Source: Spirochaetota bacterium
Lineage (GTDB): Bacteria > Spirochaetota > Spirochaetia > ARS1246
Length of the DNA: 64,000 bases
NCBI GenBank assembly: GCA_024275515.1
Contig: JAJRYZ010000244.1
Span: 1,140 to 65,139, forward strand
Direction: 5' to 3'
Shown here: positions 41,644 to 51,369 of the stretch, piece by piece
Position numbering within the stretch: the first letter of the stretch is position 1
How the letters are laid out: each line of letters starts with the position of its first letter
Notes under the pieces: generated by a model
The model's database searches: none
Told to the model about the DNA's origin: nothing
The model's input: only the letters and a program-made list of their open reading frames with translations
Program-made: the position numbers and the translations under genes

Positions 41644-42969
41644 TCAGGGCGACGCCTCCCGATGAATCTCGTTGGCCTCTTCGTTGAGGTCGGCGATGGT
41701 CTCATCGATATCGGCGCCGTCAAGAATGGCGTTAAACGCCGCGGAGGCGGCGTCGCGCACTTCGTCGTAACCGGCGAAAGGCGGTTCGGCCTTGGTGATG
41801 CTCGTCGTTAGAATCTTGAAGGCTTCTTCATACTGCGGGTTTTTGGCGAAGTAGTCGTCGAGCTCGGCCGCGGTCGATTTGCGGACTGGAAAGTAGTTGG
41901 AGGCGCGCACCCATCGAGCCTGCTGCTCGGGTTCGCTCATCCACTTGATAAAGAGCCACGCGGCAAGTTGCTGTTCGGGGGTCGATTTCGGAACGCTGAG
42001 TGATGCGCCGTAGATGTCCATCACCGGAGTTTCGGTGGTGTGCGGGATCGGCGCGACGCTCCATTCGAACGGACCCTGCTCGCTTCCTTCGATCGCCCTG
42101 CGGTAGTAGGGAAGACCGGAGGTGGATCCCATCGTAAAGAGAACCTTGCGGTTGGCGAAGTCGGTCTGATCGCCGTATCGCTCGGCGATCTTGATGCCGT
42201 ATCCGTCGTCGTAGATCCGCTTCATCAGCTCCATCGACGCCTTCATTTCCGGGGTGTCGTAGTTGTACCCCGACTCGGCCTGGATCTCGCCGCCTCGACT
42301 GATGATTTGCGCGTAGACGTTCGAAGCGTCGGTACGGATCGCGTATCCAAACTTGTTGTTGTCGGCGTCCGTCGCCGCCTTGCACATTTCGTAGAACTCG
42401 TCCCACGTTTCAGGCGGCCGGTCGTAGCCGAGCTTTTTGAGCCACGTCAGATTGTAGTAGAGCACCTCGACCGATCGGTTGGGAGGAAAGCCGAGACGCT
42501 GCCCGCCGAACTGCCGGTTCTTGTCCTGGTTGATGAAACCTTCGAAGAAATCGTCAATCTCGTCGCCCAGCCCCCATTTCGGGTCGGTGACGTACGGTTC
42601 GAGATCGACGAGCGCGCCGGAGACCTGATACCCGGCGGCCTGGTTCTGATACGCGACCACGAGCTGGGGCATCGCGTTGCCCGAGATGGCGGTGATCATC
42701 TTGTTGTAGATATCCGAGTACCCGCCTTGATACTCGCCGACCACGGTGATATTCCACTCGTTGGTCTCGTTGAACTCGCTTATCAGCTCCTGAAGCGCCT
42801 CTTCCCGCGAACCCGAGTGCTGGAACCAGTAGTTGACCGTGGCGCCCGTCGGATCGACGTTCGCAAGCGACGACGCGCCGGCCGACGATTCTTCGGTTCC
42901 CGCGGCGAAAACGCCCGCCGCGGAAACGAGAAAGAGTGTTGCGAGAAGCAGTTTCAAAACACGTTTCAT
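41644..42969 (-). CDS. ABC transporter substrate-binding protein (CUT1, MalE/UgpB-like)
   Basis: Signal peptide MKRVLKLLLATLFLVSAAGVFAAG with no Cys. Typical family-1 SBP length and position. Confidence 0.85.
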   Translation of the reverse strand: MKRVLKLLLATLFLVSAAGVFAAGTEESSAGASSLANVDPTGATVNYWFQHSGSREEALQELISEFNETNEWNITVVGEYQGGYSDIYNKMITAISGNAMPQLVVAYQNQAAGYQVSGALVDLEPYVTDPKWGLGDEIDDFFEGFINQDKNRQFGGQRLGFPPNRSVEVLYYNLTWLKKLGYDRPPETWDEFYEMCKAATDADNNKFGYAIRTDASNVYAQIISRGGEIQAESGYNYDTPEMKASMELMKRIYDDGYGIKIAERYGDQTDFANRKVLFTMGSTSGLPYYRRAIEGSEQGPFEWSVAPIPHTTETPVMDIYGASLSVPKSTPEQQLAAWLFIKWMSEPEQQARWVRASNYFPVRKSTAAELDDYFAKNPQYEEAFKILTTSITKAEPPFAGYDEVRDAASAAFNAILDGADIDETIADLNEEANEIHREASP

Positions 42970-43049
42970 GTCCTCCTCCTATGTGGGACCTGTAGTATGT
43001 GAACGGGCCCGTCGCCCGTTTGCCACCAAAACATATCTCCTTGGTCTAT

Positions 43050-43910
43050 CTACCCTTTAAGGCCGGTACGCGCAATGGCTTCGGTGATCTGTCGCTGCGC
43101 GACGATGTAAACGGCCACCACCGGAAGCAACGCAATCATCGCTCCCGCCATGCGCAGGTGTGTTTCCGGACCCGCTTCGGTAATGAACTTCGTCAAACCC
43201 ACCGATATCGGGCGCCACTTCGGGGTCTGCGTAACGACGAGCGGCCACTGCAGCGCGTTCCACGAGGCGGTAAACGCGAGAAAACCGGTTGTAAACAGCG
43301 GCGCCCGCGACAACGGAACGAAGATCCGTGCAAGGATATAGACATGGCTCGCGCCGTCGATCCGCGCCGACTCGACCAGCGCCGTGGGAACCTGGTTGAA
43401 AAACTGTCTGAGTAGGAAAATGAAGAAGCCGCTCGCCATGAACGGGACCGTCAGCGCCGGCAGTCTATCCACCCATCCGAAGGAGGCGACAACGATAAAG
43501 TTGGGTATCAGCAACACGGTTTCGGGGATCATCAGCGTGGAAAGCACAACCGCGAATATCGCATTTTTCGCCGGAAACGCAAGCTTGGAGAAAGCGTAAC
43601 CGGCAAACGACGATGTGGCAAGCACCCCGGTTACCGTCACCGTCGCGATCACGACGGTGTTGAGGAAGGCGCGGCCCAAACCGCCTCCGGTGGTCCACGC
43701 GCGCGAGTAGTTCTCCCACATCGGCTTCTTCGGCCAGAACCGCGGGTCGAACGGTATCGCGCTGATCCTGGTGACGGTCTCCGAGTAGGTTTTGAGCGAG
43801 TTGGCGAGCATATACAAAAACGGGATGATCGCGACGAACGCGCCTATCGTGAGAACCGAGTAGAGCAGTGCTTTGTTGATCACCCGGGCCTGCATCACCG
43901 TTCGACTCAT
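43050..43910 (-). CDS. carbohydrate ABC transporter permease (MalG/UgpE-like)
   Basis: EAA loop VESARIDGASHVYILARIFVP and six predicted TM segments. Confidence 0.85.
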   Translation of the reverse strand: MSRTVMQARVINKALLYSVLTIGAFVAIIPFLYMLANSLKTYSETVTRISAIPFDPRFWPKKPMWENYSRAWTTGGGLGRAFLNTVVIATVTVTGVLATSSFAGYAFSKLAFPAKNAIFAVVLSTLMIPETVLLIPNFIVVASFGWVDRLPALTVPFMASGFFIFLLRQFFNQVPTALVESARIDGASHVYILARIFVPLSRAPLFTTGFLAFTASWNALQWPLVVTQTPKWRPISVGLTKFITEAGPETHLRMAGAMIALLPVVAVYIVAQRQITEAIARTGLKG

Positions 43911-43916
43911 ACCGCG

Positions 43917-45098
43917 CTACTCCCCGTAGTGGATCCGCTTTTCCATTATCTTTCGCTGAAACAGCGTCAGCGCGAGCACCACGATGAACAGGATAAGCGA
44001 GAGCCCGGCCGCGTAGCCGAATCGTGACTTTCTGAAGAAGGTGAAAAAGATGTAGATACTCATCGGATCGGCCGCGCCGCGCGCGGCGGGGGTCCGCAGC
44101 ACGTAGATGTGGTTGAACGCTTTGAACGTTCCGATAATACCCAACAGAGTCAGGAAATAGGTCGTAGGAGAGAGCAACGGGATGATGATGCGAAAGAGGA
44201 CCGTTCGGCGATTGGCGCCGTCTACTTCGGCCGATTCGTACAACTGGCGCGGGATGTTGGCAAGCCCGTTGGAGAAGATGAGCGCGTAGTAGCCGACGAA
44301 GGTCCAGTAGTTGAAAAACATGATCGACACCAGCGCGAGCGACGGCCCTTGAGCCCATGTTTGCCAATACGAGGCGACGATGCCCGATGCTTCCTCTCCG
44401 CCGCCCCAGCCGAACAGCATTTCGAACACGCCTCGCACTTCCGCAAGCCATTCGAGGGGGTCGGCGCCGAATAAGCCGATAAGCTGGTTGGCGAAGCTCT
44501 CGGCGCGAAGAGAGAAGAGCCTCTCGAACACGGCCGCCGAGGCGACCGACGGGACGACGTAAGGTAGAAGAAAAACGACCCGATAGGGCTGTTTTGCCCG
44601 GAACTTCTGGTCGAGAAGAATCGCAAGCGCCATTCCGAACACCAGTTGCACGGGAACGGTACCGAAGGCATACCAGACGGTGACCCGAAGGGAATCGAGC
44701 ATATCGTCGTCGCCCTCGGACCAGATCGCAGGAAGCATCAGCACGACACCGACGAGCCCCGCCGCGAGCAACGCCGCTCCTACGGTTTTCGTCGCGTAGC
44801 GCAGCGGCCGACCGTTCGTTCTTTTCACGCCGGAGGTCGTGCGCGCGCGGAGAATCCGGTAGCCGAAGTAGATCGCCGCGAGCGCAAGAACAAAGAAGCC
44901 GATGTTCGCGAAGCCGCCGAATATCTCGCGATAGTTCTCCGGACCGAGAAACCGTCCACGTTTGATTCGCCATTTGTGCAGACTGACGTAGGATGTAAAG
45001 AAGATCGGAAAGACATAGAAAAGCGACAGCAGAATCGCCGCCGGAGAGATGAACAAAAACCCGGTGAGTGCATCAGGATACCGCTTCGACTGTTTCAT
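43917..45098 (-). CDS. carbohydrate ABC transporter permease (MalF/UgpA-like) with an extra N-terminal TM pair
   Basis: EAA loop YESAEVDGANRRTVLFRIIIP. An additional hydrophobic pair (FFVLALAAIYFGY; AALLAAGLVGVVLMLPAI) is inserted after TM1. Confidence 0.8.
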   Translation of the reverse strand: MKQSKRYPDALTGFLFISPAAILLSLFYVFPIFFTSYVSLHKWRIKRGRFLGPENYREIFGGFANIGFFVLALAAIYFGYRILRARTTSGVKRTNGRPLRYATKTVGAALLAAGLVGVVLMLPAIWSEGDDDMLDSLRVTVWYAFGTVPVQLVFGMALAILLDQKFRAKQPYRVVFLLPYVVPSVASAAVFERLFSLRAESFANQLIGLFGADPLEWLAEVRGVFEMLFGWGGGEEASGIVASYWQTWAQGPSLALVSIMFFNYWTFVGYYALIFSNGLANIPRQLYESAEVDGANRRTVLFRIIIPLLSPTTYFLTLLGIIGTFKAFNHIYVLRTPAARGAADPMSIYIFFTFFRKSRFGYAAGLSLILFIVVLALTLFQRKIMEKRIHYGE

Positions 45099-45451
45099 TT
45101 CCGTCCCACGTCGTGCCGGATATCACGCCCCGTACGAGATTCGAATTGTGTTAACGTTAGGCTCAGAATACGGCACGAACGTGCCAAATGGAAGCCCCCG
45201 TCGTGAACATCGTGACCAATCCGATGAGGTTGATTCGGTTCGACCGATGTGCGGGTCGGCGGGCCACCGGGTCCGGACGACGCACGATTCGGACGCGGTC
45301 GGTTCACGCCGCGTGCTCGATGCGAGAATGCTGTTTTCCGGGCCGGGTGGCGACGGCTGCACGCAAGACCACCGAATGATCGCCGGGAATTCTTGCAGGC
45401 CGCCGGGTGGTTGGATTATTGTTTTCTCAGCCTGACGGCGAGGAGAGGAGA

Positions 45452-46687
45452 ATGAAAGCGGAACGAGTTTTCGATTTCGGCGGGCGCCCGGCGACGACGC
45501 TCGAGGGCGATCTTGTTCGGGTGGTCGTCGACGACAAGGGAGCGATGGTGCCCGAGCTGAGCTTTCCTTCCGGGAACGGCTGGTTCAACACGCACTGGCT
45601 TCCCTGGTTCAGGTCCAACTCCGGCCGGCCGTTCGACCCGGATTCGCACCGAGAGATCTGGGCGGTTGAATTGCTCTACGAGCTTGCCGGGAATTTCCCC
45701 TGTTTTCCGAGCTTCGGCGGACCCTGCACCGCCTACGGAGTCGAGATTCCTCCGCACGGGATGACCGCCAACGAGAGCTGGACCGCCGAACGGTGGGGAA
45801 TCCACGACGAAAGCATCGCGTATCTGTGCTCATCGATTCGCTCGACCGAGATCCCGCTTGCGGTGACCAAGCACGACTTCGTTTTTGCTCGGCGACCCGG
45901 GCACTATGTCTATCTCACGGTGCGCAACGAAGGAGACCGACCCTACCGGTTCAACTTGGGATGGCATAATACGATAGGGGCCCCTTTTCTCTCGCCCGGG
46001 TGCATGATCGACGTGAGCGCCGATCGTTTCGCCACACCGCCGTCACCGTCCGAGTTCGACGAGACGACTCGTCTTGCCGCCGGCGCCGAGTTCGACGATC
46101 TTTCGCGCGCGCCGCTCGCTTCGGGTGGAACGGTCGATCTGCGCCGTGTCCCGGGGATGATCGGGTATACCGATTTCGTTACCGGCGCCGTGCCCGTCGG
46201 CGCGCCGCTCGGGTGGTCTGCGGTGGTCAATGCCGCGGTAGGAGCGATCTATCTGTCGGTGTTTCGCGGACCGGCGTGCGTCGCCGCCGGCGAGATTCCG
46301 ATCGACTTCAACGACTTGTGGATGCAGTACGGCGGGCGCGCTTTTTCGCCGTGGGGAGCGCGGGCAGGAGGGACCGACTATACTTATTGCCTCGGCGCGG
46401 AAAACGCAATCGGGGCGTATGCCGGCGGGCTCGCCTACTCCCTCGAGAATCCGGAAATTCTCGGGCGTCCGACCACCGTCGAGATAACGCCGGGGGAGGA
46501 GCTCGACCACGTCTACGCCACCTTCGTTCTATCCTATCAGGGAGGCGTTCTCGATTCGGGAGTGTCGAGGGTCGAGCAGGGAACGGACACGATCGACGTC
46601 GTTCCCGTCGGCGCCGGCCCGGTCGTTTCGATTCCTACCGACCCCACCCTCGACGAACCGGCGCGCATCGCGGGCGAGCTCTCATGA
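45452..46687 (+). CDS. hypothetical protein (possible galactose-mutarotase-like beta-sandwich; function not assignable)
   Basis: ATG 45452 is preceded by AGGAGAGGAG. G/C-rich third positions. The stop overlaps the kinase start (ATGA). The fold guess rests on weak resemblance only. Confidence 0.55.
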   Translation: MKAERVFDFGGRPATTLEGDLVRVVVDDKGAMVPELSFPSGNGWFNTHWLPWFRSNSGRPFDPDSHREIWAVELLYELAGNFPCFPSFGGPCTAYGVEIPPHGMTANESWTAERWGIHDESIAYLCSSIRSTEIPLAVTKHDFVFARRPGHYVYLTVRNEGDRPYRFNLGWHNTIGAPFLSPGCMIDVSADRFATPPSPSEFDETTRLAAGAEFDDLSRAPLASGGTVDLRRVPGMIGYTDFVTGAVPVGAPLGWSAVVNAAVGAIYLSVFRGPACVAAGEIPIDFNDLWMQYGGRAFSPWGARAGGTDYTYCLGAENAIGAYAGGLAYSLENPEILGRPTTVEITPGEELDHVYATFVLSYQGGVLDSGVSRVEQGTDTIDVVPVGAGPVVSIPTDPTLDEPARIAGELS

Positions 46688-48339
46688 AGTCCGGGCCGAC
46701 GCTCTCGTTGGGGCTCGATTCCAGCACGCAGAGTCTTTCCGCGGTGGTCGTAGATTTTGCGCGGGGAGAGATCGTCTACGAAAAGAGCCTGGACTACGCG
46801 CGCGATCCACGGCTCAATCGCTACGGAATCGATTTTGCTACCTATGTCGTTCCGCCGCGACAGCCCGGAGAGGCGGATCAACCGCCTGCGATGTATCTCG
46901 CTTCGCTTGACGCGCTTTTTTCGGACATGAACGGTGACGGTGTCGACATGTCGGGAATAGCCGTCATCAACGATTCGGGCCAACAACACGGGCATCTCTA
47001 CCTTTCGGCGCGCGCCGGGGCGTTGATCGCCGGTCTCAAAGCGAAGGGCGCCGGGGCCGGGCCGGCGCTCGCGGCGCGTCTTGAAGGTTGCTTCTCCTAC
47101 GGAACAGCTCCCATCTGGAAGACGTCGAACACGGCCTCGCAGGCCGACGATTTGCGTCGCGGCGCCGGGGGACGAGGGGCGATGATTCGCCTCTCCGGTT
47201 CCGATTCTCCTCTTCGGTTTACCGGCGCGGTGATAAGGCGCGTCGGCCGGCAGTTCCCCGATGAGTACCGGGCGACCGAGACGATACAACTCATCTCGAG
47301 CTTCATCCCCGGCCTTCTTACGGGAAACCCGCGTGTACCGTGGGATTTCGGAAACGGCTGCGGCAGTTCGCTCATGGATTATCGATCCCGCGAATGGGCG
47401 CCGGCGCTTATCCGAGCCGCCGCCGAGGGGCTTCCCGGTGGGACCGGTGCGCTTGAGAAGAAGCTTCCCGGGCTTGCGAGGCCCGACGAGGTCGTCGGGA
47501 CGATCGCCGCCTACTTCGTCGAACGTTACGGATTCGATCCCGCCTGCAGGGTCTGCGCCGGATCGGGCGACAATCCGCAATCGAAGGTACTGGTCGGGGG
47601 CGATCTTTTGAGCCTGGGGACGAGCTTTGTAAATATGGTGAGCACCGACGGAGAGTGCGTCGACGAGGAAGGGTTCGCGAACGCGATGTACGACGGGCTC
47701 GGAAGACCTTTCATGTTCGGCTGCCGAACCAACGGCTCGTTGGTGTGGGATCGCGTTCGCGAGCTTAACGGATTGCCCCGCGACGAGTATCGGAGGTCGG
47801 ACGCGACGCTGGCACACGATCCTCCCGGCACCCATCTGTTCCTGTGGCAGCCCGACGCCGAATCGTTTCCGGTCTCATCCGCGTTCGATCCCGTTCGAAT
47901 CGGCTACGATGAACCTTCGCTCGCGCGCGATTATCCCGGCGCGATCGAGAGCGGACTCGGCGTCGTCTACCTCTACTCGCGCGGGTTTTCAGGCGATTCG
48001 GACGAGCCGATGTACCTCACGGGCGGCGTCGCGCGCGTACCCGAAATCGTCCGGCGGGTCGCCGCGATCTGGCGGCGTCCGGTTATCACCATCGGCTCGG
48101 TCGGCGCGGCGCTCGGCGCGGCGGTCGCCGGGGCTGTCGGTGGTGAGCGGAGCGTAGACGCGGAGACGCTCAGCGCGTCGGTGCTCCCGCGGACCGAGGC
48201 GGTCGATCCCCGACCCGGCGACGTGGCGGCGTATCATGGATCCGGCGGCTATTTGGCGCGTCTGAAGCGCGAATACGAGGCGGTGATCGGTCGGCCGGGT
48301 GAGGCGACGACCCAACACCGGGGGAATCGCTCTTCGTAG
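46684..48339 (+). CDS. FGGY-family carbohydrate kinase (long, xylulokinase-like)
   Basis: N-terminal LSLGLDSSTQSLSAVVVD phosphate-1 motif and GSGDNP in the C-terminal half. The track ORF's 228 upstream codons are Arg-rich out-of-frame readthrough of the preceding gene. Confidence 0.8.
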   Translation: MKSGPTLSLGLDSSTQSLSAVVVDFARGEIVYEKSLDYARDPRLNRYGIDFATYVVPPRQPGEADQPPAMYLASLDALFSDMNGDGVDMSGIAVINDSGQQHGHLYLSARAGALIAGLKAKGAGAGPALAARLEGCFSYGTAPIWKTSNTASQADDLRRGAGGRGAMIRLSGSDSPLRFTGAVIRRVGRQFPDEYRATETIQLISSFIPGLLTGNPRVPWDFGNGCGSSLMDYRSREWAPALIRAAAEGLPGGTGALEKKLPGLARPDEVVGTIAAYFVERYGFDPACRVCAGSGDNPQSKVLVGGDLLSLGTSFVNMVSTDGECVDEEGFANAMYDGLGRPFMFGCRTNGSLVWDRVRELNGLPRDEYRRSDATLAHDPPGTHLFLWQPDAESFPVSSAFDPVRIGYDEPSLARDYPGAIESGLGVVYLYSRGFSGDSDEPMYLTGGVARVPEIVRRVAAIWRRPVITIGSVGAALGAAVAGAVGGERSVDAETLSASVLPRTEAVDPRPGDVAAYHGSGGYLARLKREYEAVIGRPGEATTQHRGNRSS

Positions 48340-48363
48340 CCAAGAGGAGGCGCATCCGATAGA

Positions 48364-49515
48364 ATGCTCGCTGTGAACGTCGTCGAGCTGCTCGCCGAGA
48401 TGGTCTCCCACGATACCGTAAACTCGGCCATCAGCGGCCGCAAGGCGCCTGAGGCGGGTCTTGTCTCGCGTCTGGAGCGGCTCGCCCTGGACCACGGTTT
48501 TGCCGCCCGTAAGCTTCCCGTCCCCGGGCAGAGCGCGCAACTGCTTATTTCCTACGAGCGCGATCCGTCGTCGCCGTGGATCATGTTCGACAGCCATCTC
48601 GACACCGTTTCGGTCGAAGGCATGTCGATCGATCCGTTCGCCGGATCGATCCGCGAAGGCAAGTTGTGGGGTCGCGGCGCCTGCGACACCAAAGGGTCGG
48701 GCGCGGCGATGTTTGCGGCGCTCGTCCGTTACGCCGAATCGCCCGCGGCGAACAACGTGATGCTTTTGTATTCGGTCGACGAAGAGCAGGGAATGTCGGG
48801 CATTCGTGAGTTTACCGAAAATCATCTGCCGGCGCTCGTGAGGAGAATCAAGGCGGCGGTCGTCGGCGAGCCGACGAACTTGAAACCCGTTGTCGCGCAC
48901 AACGGCGTCCAGCGGTTTACCCTGGCGACGCTCGGCGTCGCCGCTCACTCGGCCGATCCGAATCGTGGGCGCTCGGCGATAAGCGACATGGCTCGGCTTA
49001 TTCTCGACCTGGAGAGCGCCTACATTCCGGCTCTCGGCGCGATCCATCCGCTCACCGGCAAGGCTCAATGCAGCATCAACGTTATCCGCGGCGGAACGGC
49101 GGTCAATATCATTCCGGACCGGTGCGAGGTGCAGATCGACCGAAGAACGGTGCCCGGCGAAGTTTCCCGGGACGTAGCGTCGTCGCTCAGACGCCATCTG
49201 CTCTCGTATCGCGAGCGGCATCCGCAGGTGCAGTTCGAGTTGACTCCGTCGATCGAAACTCCGCCCCTGACGCCGCACAACGACGGATCGTTTCTGGAGA
49301 TCGTCCGTTCGACTCTGTCGACGTACGGCGTGCCCGACGAGCCGGTAGGGGTGCGGTACGCTACGCACGCCGGAGATCTGTGCGCCGCGGGGCTTTCGTG
49401 TATCGTTCTGGGCCCGGGTAATATCGACCAGGGCCATACGAAGGATGAGTGGATCGATATCGACGAGCTCGAAACGGCCGTTCCCATCTACTTCGACATC
49501 ATGAAAAACGGCTGA
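48364..49515 (+). CDS. M20-family metallohydrolase (ArgE/DapE/ACY1-like deacylase)
   Basis: Motifs MFDSHLDTV, GRGACDTKG and SVDEEQG are present. Confidence 0.8.
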   Translation: MLAVNVVELLAEMVSHDTVNSAISGRKAPEAGLVSRLERLALDHGFAARKLPVPGQSAQLLISYERDPSSPWIMFDSHLDTVSVEGMSIDPFAGSIREGKLWGRGACDTKGSGAAMFAALVRYAESPAANNVMLLYSVDEEQGMSGIREFTENHLPALVRRIKAAVVGEPTNLKPVVAHNGVQRFTLATLGVAAHSADPNRGRSAISDMARLILDLESAYIPALGAIHPLTGKAQCSINVIRGGTAVNIIPDRCEVQIDRRTVPGEVSRDVASSLRRHLLSYRERHPQVQFELTPSIETPPLTPHNDGSFLEIVRSTLSTYGVPDEPVGVRYATHAGDLCAAGLSCIVLGPGNIDQGHTKDEWIDIDELETAVPIYFDIMKNG

Positions 49516-49553
49516 CACAGGGGAGGTTGTCCGCGAAGCGGCGGCGCACTGAT

Positions 49554-50546
49554 ATGAGTAAACCGTATGTACTGATTATTGATTCGGTCTTCGATTCCTA
49601 CCAGCCCGAGGCGGAAGTGCTCGAACCGCTGGGGTACTCGATAGAGCGATGCCGGGACGAAGAGGTCGAAGCGATCGCCTCGCTTGCGCCCGACTGCGAG
49701 GCTATTCTCGTCAATCTCTATCCGATCGACCGGGCGTTGATTCGGACGCTCGCGGCGTGCCGCGCTATCGCGCGGTACGGCGTCGGGTACGACACCGTCG
49801 ACGTGGAAGCCGCCTCGGAGCACGGCATTTGGGTGGCAAACGTCTGCGACTACGCCACCGAGGATGTGTCGGACCACGCGGTTGCGCTTCTGTTCGGCGC
49901 CGTTCGACGGATTCCTTTTCGCGACCGCGAGGTGCGAAAAGGCGGGTGGGCGCTCTATCGGCGTCAGCAGAGCAGGCGTACGATGGGGAAGGTGCTCGGG
50001 ATTATCGGGTACGGCGCGATCGGCGGAACCTTTCATCGAAAACTTTCCGGCGTCTCTTTTTCGCGGGTCCTCGTCTGCGATCCGTACATCGACCGGGCAC
50101 GTATTACCGACTCGGGCGCGATTCCGGCAACGCATGAGGAGGTCTACGAGCAGGCGGACTACATTTCGCTCCATGTTCCTCTCAACGACGAGACGAAACA
50201 CATGATAGACGAGGCGGCGTTGTCGGCGATGAAAGACGACGCGATCCTGATCAACACCTCCCGGGGCGGGGTCGTCGATACCGAGGCGCTGGTTCACGCT
50301 CTGGGCGCCGGGCGCCCCGGATACGCGGCGCTCGACGTGCACGAGATCGAACCGCTACCCTCCGACAGCCCGCTTTTTGCGCTGGAAAACGTCGTCCTCA
50401 CCGATCATTGCGCCTGGTATACCGAAGAGTCGCTGGTCGAGTTGAAGCGAAAGACCGCGGAGAACGTCCGCAGCGTCATCGAGACCGGACGCCCGGTCTC
50501 TCCGGTGAATCGGCCCGACTCCGACGGCGGAGGACGCACAACATGA
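49554..50546 (+). CDS. D-isomer-specific 2-hydroxyacid dehydrogenase (CtBP/PGDH-like)
   Basis: NAD motif GIIGYGAIGG, SLHVPL, NTSRGG and the catalytic-His context LTDHCAW are present. ATG 49554. Confidence 0.85.
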   Translation: MSKPYVLIIDSVFDSYQPEAEVLEPLGYSIERCRDEEVEAIASLAPDCEAILVNLYPIDRALIRTLAACRAIARYGVGYDTVDVEAASEHGIWVANVCDYATEDVSDHAVALLFGAVRRIPFRDREVRKGGWALYRRQQSRRTMGKVLGIIGYGAIGGTFHRKLSGVSFSRVLVCDPYIDRARITDSGAIPATHEEVYEQADYISLHVPLNDETKHMIDEAALSAMKDDAILINTSRGGVVDTEALVHALGAGRPGYAALDVHEIEPLPSDSPLFALENVVLTDHCAWYTEESLVELKRKTAENVRSVIETGRPVSPVNRPDSDGGGRTT

Positions 50547-51358
50547 CGCGCAGGTTTGCGGGAAAATGCGCGGTGATAACGGGCGGCGCCGGCGGGATCG
50601 GAAAAGGATGCGCCCTTCGTCTCGCCCGCGAGGGCGCCGCCGTAGCCGTCGTCGACAGGCAGGCGCAGGAGGCCGAAGGAACGGTCGACGAGATCGCGAA
50701 GCTCGGAGGAGACGCCGCCGCCTTCCCGGCGGACGTGTCGAACGTCGGATCGATCGATTCGATGGTCGAGGGAGTTGTCCGCCGTTTCGGCAGGATCGAC
50801 ATTCTCATCAACTGTGCGGGCGTCGTGCAGAACAAACCGTTCCTCGATGTGTCTGAGGAAGAGTGGGACCGGATTATCGACGTCAACCAGAAAGGCACGG
50901 TTTTCTGTTCGCAAGCGGCGGCGAGGGTCATGATCGACCGAATTCCCGACGACCAACCGCGCTATTCGGGCGCGTGTAACGGAAAGATCGTCAACTTTTC
51001 ATCCATATCCGGTCGCCGCGGCCGCGAGCTGCAGGTCCACTACGCCGCGAGCAAGGCGGCCATCATCAGCATCACGCAGTCGACGGCGCTCGCTCTCGCT
51101 CCTTACGGGATAAACGTCAACGCGGTCTCGCCCAGCGTCGTTATGACCGCCATGTGGGAACAGAACGATCGCGAGAAGGCCGCTATCCTCGGTCTCGCCC
51201 CCGGCGAAGCCTCCCGGGGTTTTATCGACCGAATTCCGCTCCGCCGTCCCGGGACGTCGGAAGACATGGCGGCGGCCGTCGCGTTCCTGTGCAGCGCCGA
51301 CGCCGATTACATCACCGGCCAGACGCTCAACGTCGACGGCGGGTTCGAGATGGATTGA
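50543..51358 (+). CDS. short-chain dehydrogenase/reductase (SDR)
   Basis: VITGGAGGIGKG and YAASKAA (YxxxK) are present. ATGA overlap with the upstream gene. Confidence 0.88.
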   Translation: MTRRFAGKCAVITGGAGGIGKGCALRLAREGAAVAVVDRQAQEAEGTVDEIAKLGGDAAAFPADVSNVGSIDSMVEGVVRRFGRIDILINCAGVVQNKPFLDVSEEEWDRIIDVNQKGTVFCSQAAARVMIDRIPDDQPRYSGACNGKIVNFSSISGRRGRELQVHYAASKAAIISITQSTALALAPYGINVNAVSPSVVMTAMWEQNDREKAAILGLAPGEASRGFIDRIPLRRPGTSEDMAAAVAFLCSADADYITGQTLNVDGGFEMD

Positions 51359-51369
51359 CGACCGGCGCT

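Noticed and set aside
43465-44973. A 502-aa minus-strand ORF overlapping both MalF/MalG-like permease genes in another frame
   Set aside because: It is extremely Arg-rich (RRRR runs) and crosses a gene boundary. The alternative frames encode canonical permeases with EAA loops.
45230-45250. GGTTCGA-type T-loop-like strings checked as possible tRNA genes (also near 7617, 10490 and 23620)
   Set aside because: No flanking acceptor, D or anticodon stems could be drawn, and three of the four hits lie inside CDSs. No tRNA is called. tRNAscan-SE would settle this.
46000-46683. A 228-codon N-terminal extension of the kinase ORF in the track (779 aa)
   Set aside because: The extension is an Arg-rich out-of-frame reading of the preceding gene. 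The kinase-like sequence begins at ATG 46684, which overlaps the upstream stop (ATGA).
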